NCBI GenBank assembly: GCA_002427525.1
Contig: DIRP01000002.1
Span: 16,997-80,996, forward strand
Reading direction: 5' to 3'
Origin: Bacteroidales bacterium UBA5433
Lineage (GTDB): Bacteria; Bacteroidota; Bacteroidia; Bacteroidales; UBA932
DNA length: 64,000 bases
Both the position numbers and the translations under genes were made by a program. Within the stretch, counting starts at the first letter, position 1, and each line of letters begins with the position of its first letter. The notes below the pieces were generated by a model. That model saw only the letters and a program-made list of their open reading frames with translations, was not told where the DNA came from and searched no databases. Shown piece by piece: positions 54,236-62,979 of this stretch.

Positions 54236-55651
54236 ATGAAGCAACTTCAAACTCTTTTTAAAAGCTACACAGGTACCTCGGCTCACACGATTACCGAGTT
54301 GCCGTCTTCCGGAAGTAACAGACGGTATTTCAGGATGGAGGGTAACAAAAGAACGGTTATTGGGACGCTGGGCTCCTGTAAAGAAGAAAACCAGGCTTTT
54401 ATTGCTATTGCAATGCATTTCCGGAAGCAAGGCCTTTCGGTCCCGGAAGTTTTCTGCCATAACAAAGATTTTTCGTGTTACCTGCAACAGGATTTGGGAG
54501 ATGTTACGTTATACAATGCAGTAGAAACAGGGAGGTCAAAAGGTTCTTACGATGTAAAAGAGAAAGCCTTATTGCATAAAGCCATGGAAGCCTTACCGGC
54601 GTTGCAATTTAAAGGAGCAGACAAACTGGATTTTTCCGTGTGTTACCCACAGCCGGATTTTGATGCCAGAATGGTTTCTTTTGATCTGAATTACTTCAAG
54701 TATTGTTTTTTGAAAGCCACGGGGTTGGAATTTAGTGAAATACAACTTGAAAACGATTTCCAAAAACTTTCCGAAATTTTGTTGCACAATGCATCCGAGA
54801 CTTTTCTTTACCGGGATTTTCAGGCAAGAAATGTGATGCTTGTAAACGGAGAACCTTACTTTATTGATTTTCAGGGAGGGCGCAAAGGCCCCGTATATTA
54901 CGACGTAGCGTCGTTTGTGTGGCAGGCTCGGGCCAATTACTCGGAAGAACTCAAAGAGGAATTGATCCAAACCTACCTGGGTGCATTGAAACAGTTTATC
55001 CCTGTTGATGAAAATCAATTTCACCGGCAATTGCGGCACTTTGTTTTATTCCGAACACTTCAGGTTCTTGGTGCCTATGGGTTCCGGGGGTATTTTGAAA
55101 AGAAACCGCATTTTCTACGAAGTGTACCCTTTGCCATAGACAACCTGCGTAAGTTGTTGAAAGAGCCTTTTCGAGAGTACCCCTACTTGTCTTCCTTGTT
55201 ACTGGAGCTGACAACTATGCGCCAGTATGCCGAGATGGATAAAGAAAGAAAACTGCAGGTTACTGTGTGTAGTTTTGCCTACAAAAAAGGAATTCCAAAC
55301 GATTTGAGCGGGAACGGGGGAGGGTATATCTTTGATTGCCGGGGATTGGAAAATCCGGGTAAATACGATCACTACAAACATTTCACCGGTGAAGATCCGC
55401 AGGTGGTTCGTTTTTTGGAAGAAGATGGTGGTGTTGAAATTTTTTTAGATCATGCGTATGCGCTTATGGACAAGCACATACAAAGATACATTGAACGTAA
55501 ATTTACCCATTTGATGTGTTGTTTCGGGTGTACAGGAGGCCAACACCGTTCCGTTTACTGTGCCCGGCACATGGCTGAGTATATATCTAAAAAATACGAT
55601 ATCAACGTGCATTTATACCATCGTGAATTAGAAATAGAAGCAGACTTCTAA
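54236..55651 (+). CDS. amgK: AmgK-like anomeric MurNAc/GlcNAc kinase fused to a RapZ/YvcJ C-terminal domain
   Basis: The N-terminal ~335 aa carry SGSNRRYFRM, RDFQARNVML and YFIDFQGG (APH/AmgK kinase motifs). The C-terminal ~135 aa (from about 55250) carry SFAYKKGIP, FDCRGLENP, GCTGGQHRSVY and HRELE, which parallel E. coli RapZ SFGFKHGIP, FDVRFLPNP, GCTGGKHRSVY and HRTLE. Confidence 0.75.
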   Translation: MKQLQTLFKSYTGTSAHTITELPSSGSNRRYFRMEGNKRTVIGTLGSCKEENQAFIAIAMHFRKQGLSVPEVFCHNKDFSCYLQQDLGDVTLYNAVETGRSKGSYDVKEKALLHKAMEALPALQFKGADKLDFSVCYPQPDFDARMVSFDLNYFKYCFLKATGLEFSEIQLENDFQKLSEILLHNASETFLYRDFQARNVMLVNGEPYFIDFQGGRKGPVYYDVASFVWQARANYSEELKEELIQTYLGALKQFIPVDENQFHRQLRHFVLFRTLQVLGAYGFRGYFEKKPHFLRSVPFAIDNLRKLLKEPFREYPYLSSLLLELTTMRQYAEMDKERKLQVTVCSFAYKKGIPNDLSGNGGGYIFDCRGLENPGKYDHYKHFTGEDPQVVRFLEEDGGVEIFLDHAYALMDKHIQRYIERKFTHLMCCFGCTGGQHRSVYCARHMAEYISKKYDINVHLYHRELEIEADF

Positions 55652-55664
55652 ATACCAATACAGC

Positions 55665-56411
55665 ATGCAGGCAATGATACTGGCAGCCGGCCTGGGTACC
55701 CGCTTAAAACCCGTTACAGATTCAATCCCAAAAGCGTTGGTTCGTGTCAACCTGAAGGAGGGAGGAGACCAACCCCTGCTGGAAGGCTTGCTGGACAAAA
55801 TGATAGCTCAGGGATTTACCAGTATTGTTATTAATATTCACCACCTGGGTGGCCAGATTCGCTCTTTTGTCAGTGAGTATCTGGAACGGAAGAACCTTCC
55901 TGCCAAAATCTGTTTTTCAGATGAAAGTGACTTGTTGCTGGGGACAGGTGGAGCCATAAAGCATGCCTGTCCTTTTTTTATTCCGGATTTTCCGCTGCTT
56001 GTCCATAACGTTGATATTTTATCTGACTTGAATTTGCGTGCCTTTGTAGCGGGGCACAATCCCGAGACATTGGCCACCTTGCTGGTAAGCGAAAGGGTTA
56101 CAGACCGCCAGCTTATTTTTGACAAGGAGTGGCAGTTAATCGGTTGGACCAACATAAAAACCAAGCAGTACCGATGGGTTAAAGAAAAAGAACCGTGTAA
56201 CCCGGATGGTTGTATTTTGAGGGCTTTTTCCGGTATTTACATCCTTTCTCCGGAAGCTATGCCCCTTTTTGAACAGCAGCCCGATGTTTTTTCCATCATT
56301 GATTTTTTTCTGGAAACAGCTGCTAATTATACAATTAAAGGAGTTGAAATACCCGGTATTCAAGTGCTCGACATAGGAAAACCTGAAACATTGAAAAATA
56401 CGTTGTTATGA
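55665..56411 (+). CDS. murU: MurNAc-alpha-1-phosphate uridylyltransferase (MurU-like nucleotidyltransferase)
   Basis: MQAMILAAGLGTRLKP.T...PKALV is the sugar-1-P nucleotidyltransferase signature. GTGGAI follows. It lies directly downstream of the amgK-like gene, the known amgK-murU pairing. Confidence 0.8.
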   Translation: MQAMILAAGLGTRLKPVTDSIPKALVRVNLKEGGDQPLLEGLLDKMIAQGFTSIVINIHHLGGQIRSFVSEYLERKNLPAKICFSDESDLLLGTGGAIKHACPFFIPDFPLLVHNVDILSDLNLRAFVAGHNPETLATLLVSERVTDRQLIFDKEWQLIGWTNIKTKQYRWVKEKEPCNPDGCILRAFSGIYILSPEAMPLFEQQPDVFSIIDFFLETAANYTIKGVEIPGIQVLDIGKPETLKNTLL

Positions 56412-57589
56412 AATACGATTTTGATACCATTATTGACAGGCGTGGAACAGATGCCGTTAAACTAAGACGATTAAAAACTCTTTTTGGCAGGGAAGACCTG
56501 ATACCGCTTTGGGTGGCAGACATGGATTTTGCAACCCCACCGTTTATAAGGGAAGCGCTGGAAGACAGATTGAAACACCCTATTTATGGCTATACTGTGC
56601 TTCCTGAAGATTATTGGCAAGTCATAATAGAGTGGCAACACTATATGCATGGATGGGAAATACGGGAAGAGTGGCTTACTTTTATTGCCGGAATTGTCAA
56701 AGGCATTGGATTGGCTCTGCTTCATTTCACGGGCAAAGGTGATTCTGTAATTATCCAGCCACCTGTTTACCATCCGTTTAAACAAGTAATTGAAAACAAC
56801 GGAAGGGTAGTGATCAACAACCCGCTCCTGTGGGATGGTTCCCGTTACCATATGGATTTTGACCACCTGGAAGACATCCTAAAACGCCGCAGGTGTCCCT
56901 TGCTCATTTTGGCAAATCCGCACAATCCCGGAGGCTATATGTGGGATAGAGAAACGCTGGCTACCTTGGCTGAAATATGCCATAAATACAACGTTACGGT
57001 TATTTCTGATGAAATCCATGCAGATATGCCTCTCTACGGAAACAAACACATTCCTTTCACCACGGTATCACCGGAGGCAGCCCAGATAGGAGTTGTGTTC
57101 AATGCTCCTTCAAAGACATTCAATATTGCAGGACTTGTCAGCTCATACGCCATAGTTCCTAACCAACAGCTAAGAAAAGGGTTTTATGATTTTTTAAGTG
57201 CCAGTGACCTGAACGATTCAACTTTTGTTGCCACAATAGCAACCCGCGCTGCTTATACTCAAGGAAAGGAATGGCATAAACAAATGCTTACCTACGTTCA
57301 GAACAACATTGATTATGTTGTGGAGGAATTGCCGCGTTATATTCCATTAATCCATGCTTCGCGCCCCGATGCTTCCTTCCTCGTATGGTTGGATGCCAGG
57401 GATTTACAGAAAGTTGGCATAGACTGTATTCCTAAATTTTTTATTGATGCAGGTCTGGCTTTGAATGACGGAGCTATGTTTGGTCCCGGCGGGGAAGGGT
57501 TTATGCGTCTGAATGCCGGTTGTCCGCGTGCTGTATTGGAAAAAGCACTGGAGCAGTTGTACAGGCACTACAGACACGTTACTACTTGA
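56408..57589 (+). CDS. MalY/PatB-family PLP-dependent C-S lyase (class I/II aminotransferase fold)
   Basis: YDFDTIIDRRGTDAVKL......G.EDLIPLWVADMDFATPP is the MalY/PatB N-terminal signature. SPSK-like NAPSKTFNIAGL carries the PLP lysine. ATGA overlap with murU. Confidence 0.85.
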   Translation: MKYDFDTIIDRRGTDAVKLRRLKTLFGREDLIPLWVADMDFATPPFIREALEDRLKHPIYGYTVLPEDYWQVIIEWQHYMHGWEIREEWLTFIAGIVKGIGLALLHFTGKGDSVIIQPPVYHPFKQVIENNGRVVINNPLLWDGSRYHMDFDHLEDILKRRRCPLLILANPHNPGGYMWDRETLATLAEICHKYNVTVISDEIHADMPLYGNKHIPFTTVSPEAAQIGVVFNAPSKTFNIAGLVSSYAIVPNQQLRKGFYDFLSASDLNDSTFVATIATRAAYTQGKEWHKQMLTYVQNNIDYVVEELPRYIPLIHASRPDASFLVWLDARDLQKVGIDCIPKFFIDAGLALNDGAMFGPGGEGFMRLNAGCPRAVLEKALEQLYRHYRHVTT

Positions 57590-58325
57590 CAAAACGGGCA
57601 AGGTTTATGCGCTCCCACAGAAAACGCGGAATCAAATGCCATACACCAATTACCAGGCGGTAACGCCAGTCAATGACAATTTTCCTTTTCTTTTTCAGTA
57701 ACCCGTTAACAATTTTACGGGCTACATAAGAAACTTCCATTTGCATGGGGTATGCATAGCGGACAAATTCCGTTTTAACAAAGCCGGGCAGAATATCGGT
57801 AACGGAAATATTATATTTCATATTATTTGACAACTGCGTCAATGAAGACAGGTAGGACATTTGAAACCGCTTAGTAGCTGAATACGAGGCGTTCAAGCCA
57901 ATACCTCTGCATCCCGCTACGGAAGAAATAGCCGCAATATGCCCGTACTGCTGTTGGCGGAAAAAGTTGAAGGCATAATTGATTGTGGTTACAAAACCTG
58001 TTACGTTTGTATCTATTGTATCCAGTTCAATGTCCAAATTCAAAGATGTGTTTAATCTGCCATAGCCGGAAGAGTACAGGTATAAATCCATACCGCCAAG
58101 TGCATCAATCAATTTTTCCAGCAATTCCGGTGCGTCCTTTTTTGTAACGTCAATGACTTCAAATACTACCAATTCGGGAGCTTTTGCCTTTATTTCCTCT
58201 AACAATTCCCTGCGTCTTCCGGCAACTCCCACTTTCCACCCCTTTTGCAGGAGGATTAAGGCAATCTCTCTCCCCATACCGGACGTTGCTCCCATGATGA
58301 CAGCACGTTTCTGTTCTGCTTTCAT
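57582..58325 (-). CDS. short-chain dehydrogenase/reductase (SDR)
   Basis: VIMGATSGMGREIA (TGxxxGxG) and YSATK (YxxxK). ATGA overlap with the upstream Gfo/Idh/MocA gene. Its 3' end overlaps the convergent MalY-like gene by 8 nt. Confidence 0.85.
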   Translation of the reverse strand: MKAEQKRAVIMGATSGMGREIALILLQKGWKVGVAGRRRELLEEIKAKAPELVVFEVIDVTKKDAPELLEKLIDALGGMDLYLYSSGYGRLNTSLNLDIELDTIDTNVTGFVTTINYAFNFFRQQQYGHIAAISSVAGCRGIGLNASYSATKRFQMSYLSSLTQLSNNMKYNISVTDILPGFVKTEFVRYAYPMQMEVSYVARKIVNGLLKKKRKIVIDWRYRLVIGVWHLIPRFLWERINLARFVK

Positions 58326-59416
58326 TCAATAATCTTTTTTTTTCTTAATAAGCCGTATCCAATACGTTTATTATTTCTTCTTTCTTTTATTTCTTCCAGG
58401 GTCTCAAGATCCCCACGAACGGGCATCTCGTTTCCGGCAGCACTCTCCAGGAATTTCCATGCATAGGCAGAAGCAATGGCCGCGTCTTCTACTTTGGGAA
58501 GGGATGGATCACGTCGCCCTTCTGTTAGCGAACGGGCAAACAGGTGGAGCAAAATATCCAGGTTTTTATCTCCAAATGGTTTTTTTACCACCTGAGTTTT
58601 AGAAACTCCGTGCAACTCTACGGTTGCCGTAATGTAGTTGTGGCTCATTCTGGCAATCCCCTTTGTGCCAATAAGATCTACATATCCATTATGCGTCAGA
58701 TCTTTGGCAAGCTGCCCGTAAACGTGTCCCTGAGTTACGTCAAATACAATCCCGTTTTCAAAAGTACCGTGTACTTGCAACCACCAGGGTTCTTGGTAAT
58801 TCCACATCTTGATGCCCTGTGCATTCCAGGTTTTAAATTCACTTTGGGCATACCAGCGGGCAATGTCTACGTAATGCAGGCCGCAATCATGAAATAAAGG
58901 ACCTTCAGCCCAATGTCCTTCACCCGGGGCCAGTCCGGGAGTCATATGACACACCCTTATGATGGCAAGGTCTCCAATCTGTCCTGAATCAATAAATTCT
59001 TTAATGACTTTATGGTACCACGCATTTCTCAGTGGCAGGTTAACAGTAACCAGAATTTCACTGTTCTTTACCATTTCCAGCACTGCATTTTCTTCTTCAA
59101 TACTTGCTCCTATAGGTTTTTCTGTAATCACATGCTTTGCGTATTCCACAGCTTTGAAAAGATGGTCTTTCCGTGCATCTGCCAGGGTAGACAAGATAAC
59201 TACATCAATATCCTGTGAGCCGAAGATATCCATTTCATTCTCTGTCAGGAGTGTTCCTGCAGGTGCCTGGCGGGATGCTATTTGCAAAGCCTCCGGATCT
59301 ATATCACAAATAGCACGGATTTCCCAAAGCGGGCTTTTCATGATTTCCTTCAGGTATATTTCCCCCATGCGTCCGAAACCAACAATACCGGCTTTGATCT
59401 TTGGATACTCTTTCAT
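58322..59416 (-). CDS. Gfo/Idh/MocA-family NAD(P)-dependent oxidoreductase
   Basis: IKAGIVGFGRMG Rossmann start and a VITEKP motif. 364 aa. Confidence 0.85.
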   Translation of the reverse strand: MKEYPKIKAGIVGFGRMGEIYLKEIMKSPLWEIRAICDIDPEALQIASRQAPAGTLLTENEMDIFGSQDIDVVILSTLADARKDHLFKAVEYAKHVITEKPIGASIEEENAVLEMVKNSEILVTVNLPLRNAWYHKVIKEFIDSGQIGDLAIIRVCHMTPGLAPGEGHWAEGPLFHDCGLHYVDIARWYAQSEFKTWNAQGIKMWNYQEPWWLQVHGTFENGIVFDVTQGHVYGQLAKDLTHNGYVDLIGTKGIARMSHNYITATVELHGVSKTQVVKKPFGDKNLDILLHLFARSLTEGRRDPSLPKVEDAAIASAYAWKFLESAAGNEMPVRGDLETLEEIKERRNNKRIGYGLLRKKKIIE

Positions 59417-59476
59417 ACAACAATGATAAATACTATGAATCTACAAATATACGCATCTTTTCTGTGCAAATCTTGC

Positions 59477-59484
59477 TATTTTTG
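59477..59484 (+). promoter_or_regulatory. -7 promoter box (TATTTTTG)
   Basis: Exact TAnnTTTG match 20 nt upstream of the ATG at 59505. Confidence 0.4.
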
Positions 59485-59504
59485 CGAACAAAATACATTC
59501 AATT

Positions 59505-60422
59505 ATGGTCAAACGCATCTTGCTTCTTATTTTTCTGTGGACATGTTTTACACCCACATCGGCAACTCCTCGTGTGGAAGACAAAGCCGGTAATTCCCGG
59601 GAAAAAGATTCTCTGTCTTTTGTAAATGCACAATGGATTACAACCTCATATCATAAAGGAGGTATTAAGCTTAGGCAAGCAGCATTTAGCGACAGCTCCC
59701 TGTTTAACTCAAATCAGTTTATTTCGGTACTGGAGATCAGTTCTTCTTTCCGTTTTGACATAGTTGCAGATACTGTACTGGTTCATACAAGCGATTTTGT
59801 TGACTATGCGGGAGCATTGGCCGGAATAAACGGATCTTTTTTCGTGTGGTTTGCTCCTTGGAAATCAGATAATTACCTTAGAATAGACGGAAAAGAACTA
59901 GCACCAAACCAGACCACAAAAGAAGGGTTGCGGTCCTTCAGGCAATCCGGCTGCCTAGGTGTCTCCCCCAAAGGGAGGTTGTTGATTTTTAAAGTACCGG
60001 ACCACGTGCTGCCTACACAGGACAACGACCTGTGGGAAAAGAATACAGCATCGGAAGACCTGTTATCAAGCGGACCTGTACTCAGAATGAAAGGGAAAGA
60101 CGAGCCGGTTCTTCACCATTCTTTCAACACCACACGGCATCCCAGATCAGCTGTAGGTATAAGGAAAGGTGGCAAAGTGCTGCTGGTTGTGGCAGACGGG
60201 AGACACAAAGAAGCAGCCGGAGTGAGCATGGCAGAATTGCAACATATCATGCGCTGGCTTAAAGCATGGGATGCCATAAACCTGGACGGTGGCGGTTCCT
60301 CTACGCTTTGTGTTCGCAAAACAACACGTGATTCTGTAGAAATAGTCAACCACCCGTCAGACAACAAATTGTTTGACACAAAAGGTGAAAGACGGGTTGC
60401 CAATGCTCTTGTGGTAAAATAG
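59505..60422 (+). CDS. phosphodiester glycosidase-family (DUF2233 / NAGPA-like) secreted protein
   Basis: Signal peptide. GINGSFF, R.AVGI.....LLVVADGR and INLDGGGSST are DUF2233 blocks. Confidence 0.7.
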   Translation: MVKRILLLIFLWTCFTPTSATPRVEDKAGNSREKDSLSFVNAQWITTSYHKGGIKLRQAAFSDSSLFNSNQFISVLEISSSFRFDIVADTVLVHTSDFVDYAGALAGINGSFFVWFAPWKSDNYLRIDGKELAPNQTTKEGLRSFRQSGCLGVSPKGRLLIFKVPDHVLPTQDNDLWEKNTASEDLLSSGPVLRMKGKDEPVLHHSFNTTRHPRSAVGIRKGGKVLLVVADGRHKEAAGVSMAELQHIMRWLKAWDAINLDGGGSSTLCVRKTTRDSVEIVNHPSDNKLFDTKGERRVANALVVK

Positions 60423-60427
60423 ATTTT

Positions 60428-61738
60428 TTACACACCTGTTAATCCGTTTGTCCTTTTGTCTACGAGTTTTACCGCTTTTCGTGCTTTTTCATTGTATACT
60501 TCTGCTTTCAGGACTGCGTCAGACACAATTTCAACTTCCGGTGCAACACGCACTTTGGCACGGAACTTATCTTTTACTGCTTTAGTGATATCTTCGGGCA
60601 AATCGTTGGTATTTGTAAGCGATACCCGCACCAGAATATCGTCTGTTCCCAGTATGTTGTTGAGCAAAACAACCTGGTAGCAACTTACAAAAGGAATATC
60701 TTCCAACACATCAAATAGAGAAGGCGGATACAAAGTTGTTCCTTTGAATTTAATCATTTGATTTTTTCTTCCCAACAGAGGACTTATTCTCATGGTTTTT
60801 CTTCCGCATGCACAAGGTTCGTAATGGAAACGTACCAGATCGCCTGTACGGAAACGCAACAAAGGCATACCTTCAAGTCCAATATTGGTAACAACCAGTT
60901 CACCAACTTCACCTTCAGGTACTACACGGTCGTTGTCGTCAACCAATTCGCAAATGACCAGTTCCGGCAAGTGGTGGCCTCCTTTGCCGTACGGGCATTC
61001 ACAAAATGTAGCACCTAGTTCAGTTGAAGCATATGTAGAAATTAATTCAATATCCCATGCCTCCCGGATGTGTTTTCCCAGAATGTTCAAAGAAAAATCC
61101 TGATTTCGCAGGTTCTCTCCAATACAAACTGCTTTTTTAACACTGGAATTCTGATAATCAATGTCATGCTCCTGTGCATATTCTACCAATTTTAATATGA
61201 ACGAAGGAACACATATGATGGTATCCGGTTTCATTCTTTGAATGGTGTCCCACTGCAATTCGGGTATCCCGTTACCAACACGGATAATACCGGCTCCCAG
61301 TTTTCGAATACCTAAAAAATAGGCAAGACCTGCCACAAACCGCTTATCCATGGTGGTCATCAACTGAACCAGGTCTCCCGGTTTTGTTCCTGCACAGGCA
61401 AAAGATTCTTTTTCATTGTATGCCAATCTGTCCAGGTCCTTATCAGTTAGGGCATACGTGGCCGGGTCACTCAGGGTTCCCGAGGTTGTTACGTAGTCAA
61501 CCAGCTGACTCTTAGGAACACATAAAAAATCTTCGTTGTATTGCTGCAGGTCGCTTTTCTTTGTAAAGGGGATATACTGTAAGTCTTCAAGGGTACGGAT
61601 CTTTCTTATATCAACCCCTTCCTTGTTAAACATATTTTTATAAAAGGGTGACCTGTCGTTCAGATAGGAAATCTCTTTGCGCAGGAGGCTTTCCTGAAAC
61701 TGTTTGATTTCTTTTGTAGAAGTATATTTGATATCCAT
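60428..61738 (-). CDS. PaaK/F390-synthetase-like adenylate-forming ligase
   Basis: FTKKSDL, VTTSGTLSDP, STYASTE, RFRTGD and CACGR blocks are typical of the phenylacetate-CoA ligase family. The ATG at 61738 is preferred (the ORF-track start at 61747 is TTG). Confidence 0.8.
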   Translation of the reverse strand: MDIKYTSTKEIKQFQESLLRKEISYLNDRSPFYKNMFNKEGVDIRKIRTLEDLQYIPFTKKSDLQQYNEDFLCVPKSQLVDYVTTSGTLSDPATYALTDKDLDRLAYNEKESFACAGTKPGDLVQLMTTMDKRFVAGLAYFLGIRKLGAGIIRVGNGIPELQWDTIQRMKPDTIICVPSFILKLVEYAQEHDIDYQNSSVKKAVCIGENLRNQDFSLNILGKHIREAWDIELISTYASTELGATFCECPYGKGGHHLPELVICELVDDNDRVVPEGEVGELVVTNIGLEGMPLLRFRTGDLVRFHYEPCACGRKTMRISPLLGRKNQMIKFKGTTLYPPSLFDVLEDIPFVSCYQVVLLNNILGTDDILVRVSLTNTNDLPEDITKAVKDKFRAKVRVAPEVEIVSDAVLKAEVYNEKARKAVKLVDKRTNGLTGV

Positions 61739-61750
61739 AACAAGCAAATA

Positions 61751-62605
61751 TTAATTAAAATCGTTATTTTTCATCCATTGCAGAAAATCTGCCATCCAGT
61801 TCGCTGCTGTTTTATTTTTCCCGTTTGGCTCGTAACCAAAACCGTGTCCCCCAGCTTCAAACACATGAAATGTATGGGGAATTCCTTTTTCCAGGAGTGC
61901 TTCATTATACCGGTAGCTGTTTTCCGGGTTTACAACCGGATCGTCCTGACATGCCATAAGGAATACCGGTGGCATGTCGTCCCGTACATTTTTTTCTAAC
62001 GACATATACTGCCTTAGCGAGAGAGGCAGGTCCGATGGCAGCAAATTGTTCCTGGATTTTTTGTGTACAATTTCGTCCATCATGCTAATGACCGGATAAA
62101 TCATACCTACAAAGGCAGGTTTCAGCGACATAGAAGGAACAAGTCCGTACTTTACCAGATGGTTGTCATCAAAGTACGTTCCCATCCAGCCTGCCAGATG
62201 TCCTCCGGCTGAAAATCCAAGTACACCAATTTTATGGGGATCAACTCCGTACTCTTCTGCATGTTCCTGAATCCACATGACGGCCCGCTGGATATCTTCC
62301 ATCATAACCGGGTAGGAGTGTCCGTACATTCTGGTGCTGTACCTCAGCACAAAAGAGTTGTAGCCGTTTTGTGAAAGAAAACGCGCCACCGCGTGCCCTT
62401 CCTGACGGATACCCAGATGACGGTAACTGCCTCCCGGAAGTATAATAATACTTACCCCAGAATTGTCTTTCCCCGCCTGGTAATGCCACATACGCACCCG
62501 GCTTACGGGTCGGATGCCTTTCCAGGGGCGGATGATTTGTTGGGCAAAGGCATTTATTGAAAAAAGGATGAGGAACAGAAATAGCAGTAAGTGTTTACTC
62601 TTCAT
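61751..62605 (-). CDS. secreted alpha/beta hydrolase (esterase)
   Basis: Signal peptide (FSINAFAQQ), nucleophile elbow GFSAGGHLA, and a C-terminal GGHGF (His region). Confidence 0.8.
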   Translation of the reverse strand: MKSKHLLLFLFLILFSINAFAQQIIRPWKGIRPVSRVRMWHYQAGKDNSGVSIIILPGGSYRHLGIRQEGHAVARFLSQNGYNSFVLRYSTRMYGHSYPVMMEDIQRAVMWIQEHAEEYGVDPHKIGVLGFSAGGHLAGWMGTYFDDNHLVKYGLVPSMSLKPAFVGMIYPVISMMDEIVHKKSRNNLLPSDLPLSLRQYMSLEKNVRDDMPPVFLMACQDDPVVNPENSYRYNEALLEKGIPHTFHVFEAGGHGFGYEPNGKNKTAANWMADFLQWMKNNDFN

Positions 62606-62975
62606 GAAAAATGAGTTCTTTTATCTGAGTGTCTGTTAATTTTTCATACACAGGGTTGAGCAGTTCTCCGTCTTTATTTTCAAAAGTAACACGAAAATAC
62701 TCTTCCTGAAAAAAAGAAAGACGCGAGTGTGTGTCGGGGTTGCATTCAATATAAATTACCTTATCGGGGTCCAGGTCTTTGGCTTCACAGATTTGTTTTA
62801 ACAAAAGCCCCCCGGCATACGTTACGGAAGACCCGGGATTGTGGTTGTACAATTCTGTAGCTACCACAACAGGAGTGCCCTTGTGGTCCAGAATCTTCAA
62901 GCCACACTTTGAGGGGACATCCCATTTCCCTTTAAACTCAAATACTTCGTCAAAATGTTTGTGTTGAACTTCCAT
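62595..62975 (-). CDS. hypothetical 126-aa cytoplasmic protein
   Basis: ATG start 4 nt after the radical-SAM stop, overlapping the hydrolase start by 11 nt. It has no signal peptide and no motif I recognise. Confidence 0.5.
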   Translation of the reverse strand: MEVQHKHFDEVFEFKGKWDVPSKCGLKILDHKGTPVVVATELYNHNPGSSVTYAGGLLLKQICEAKDLDPDKVIYIECNPDTHSRLSFFQEEYFRVTFENKDGELLNPVYEKLTDTQIKELIFHEE

Positions 62976-62979
62976 CTTA

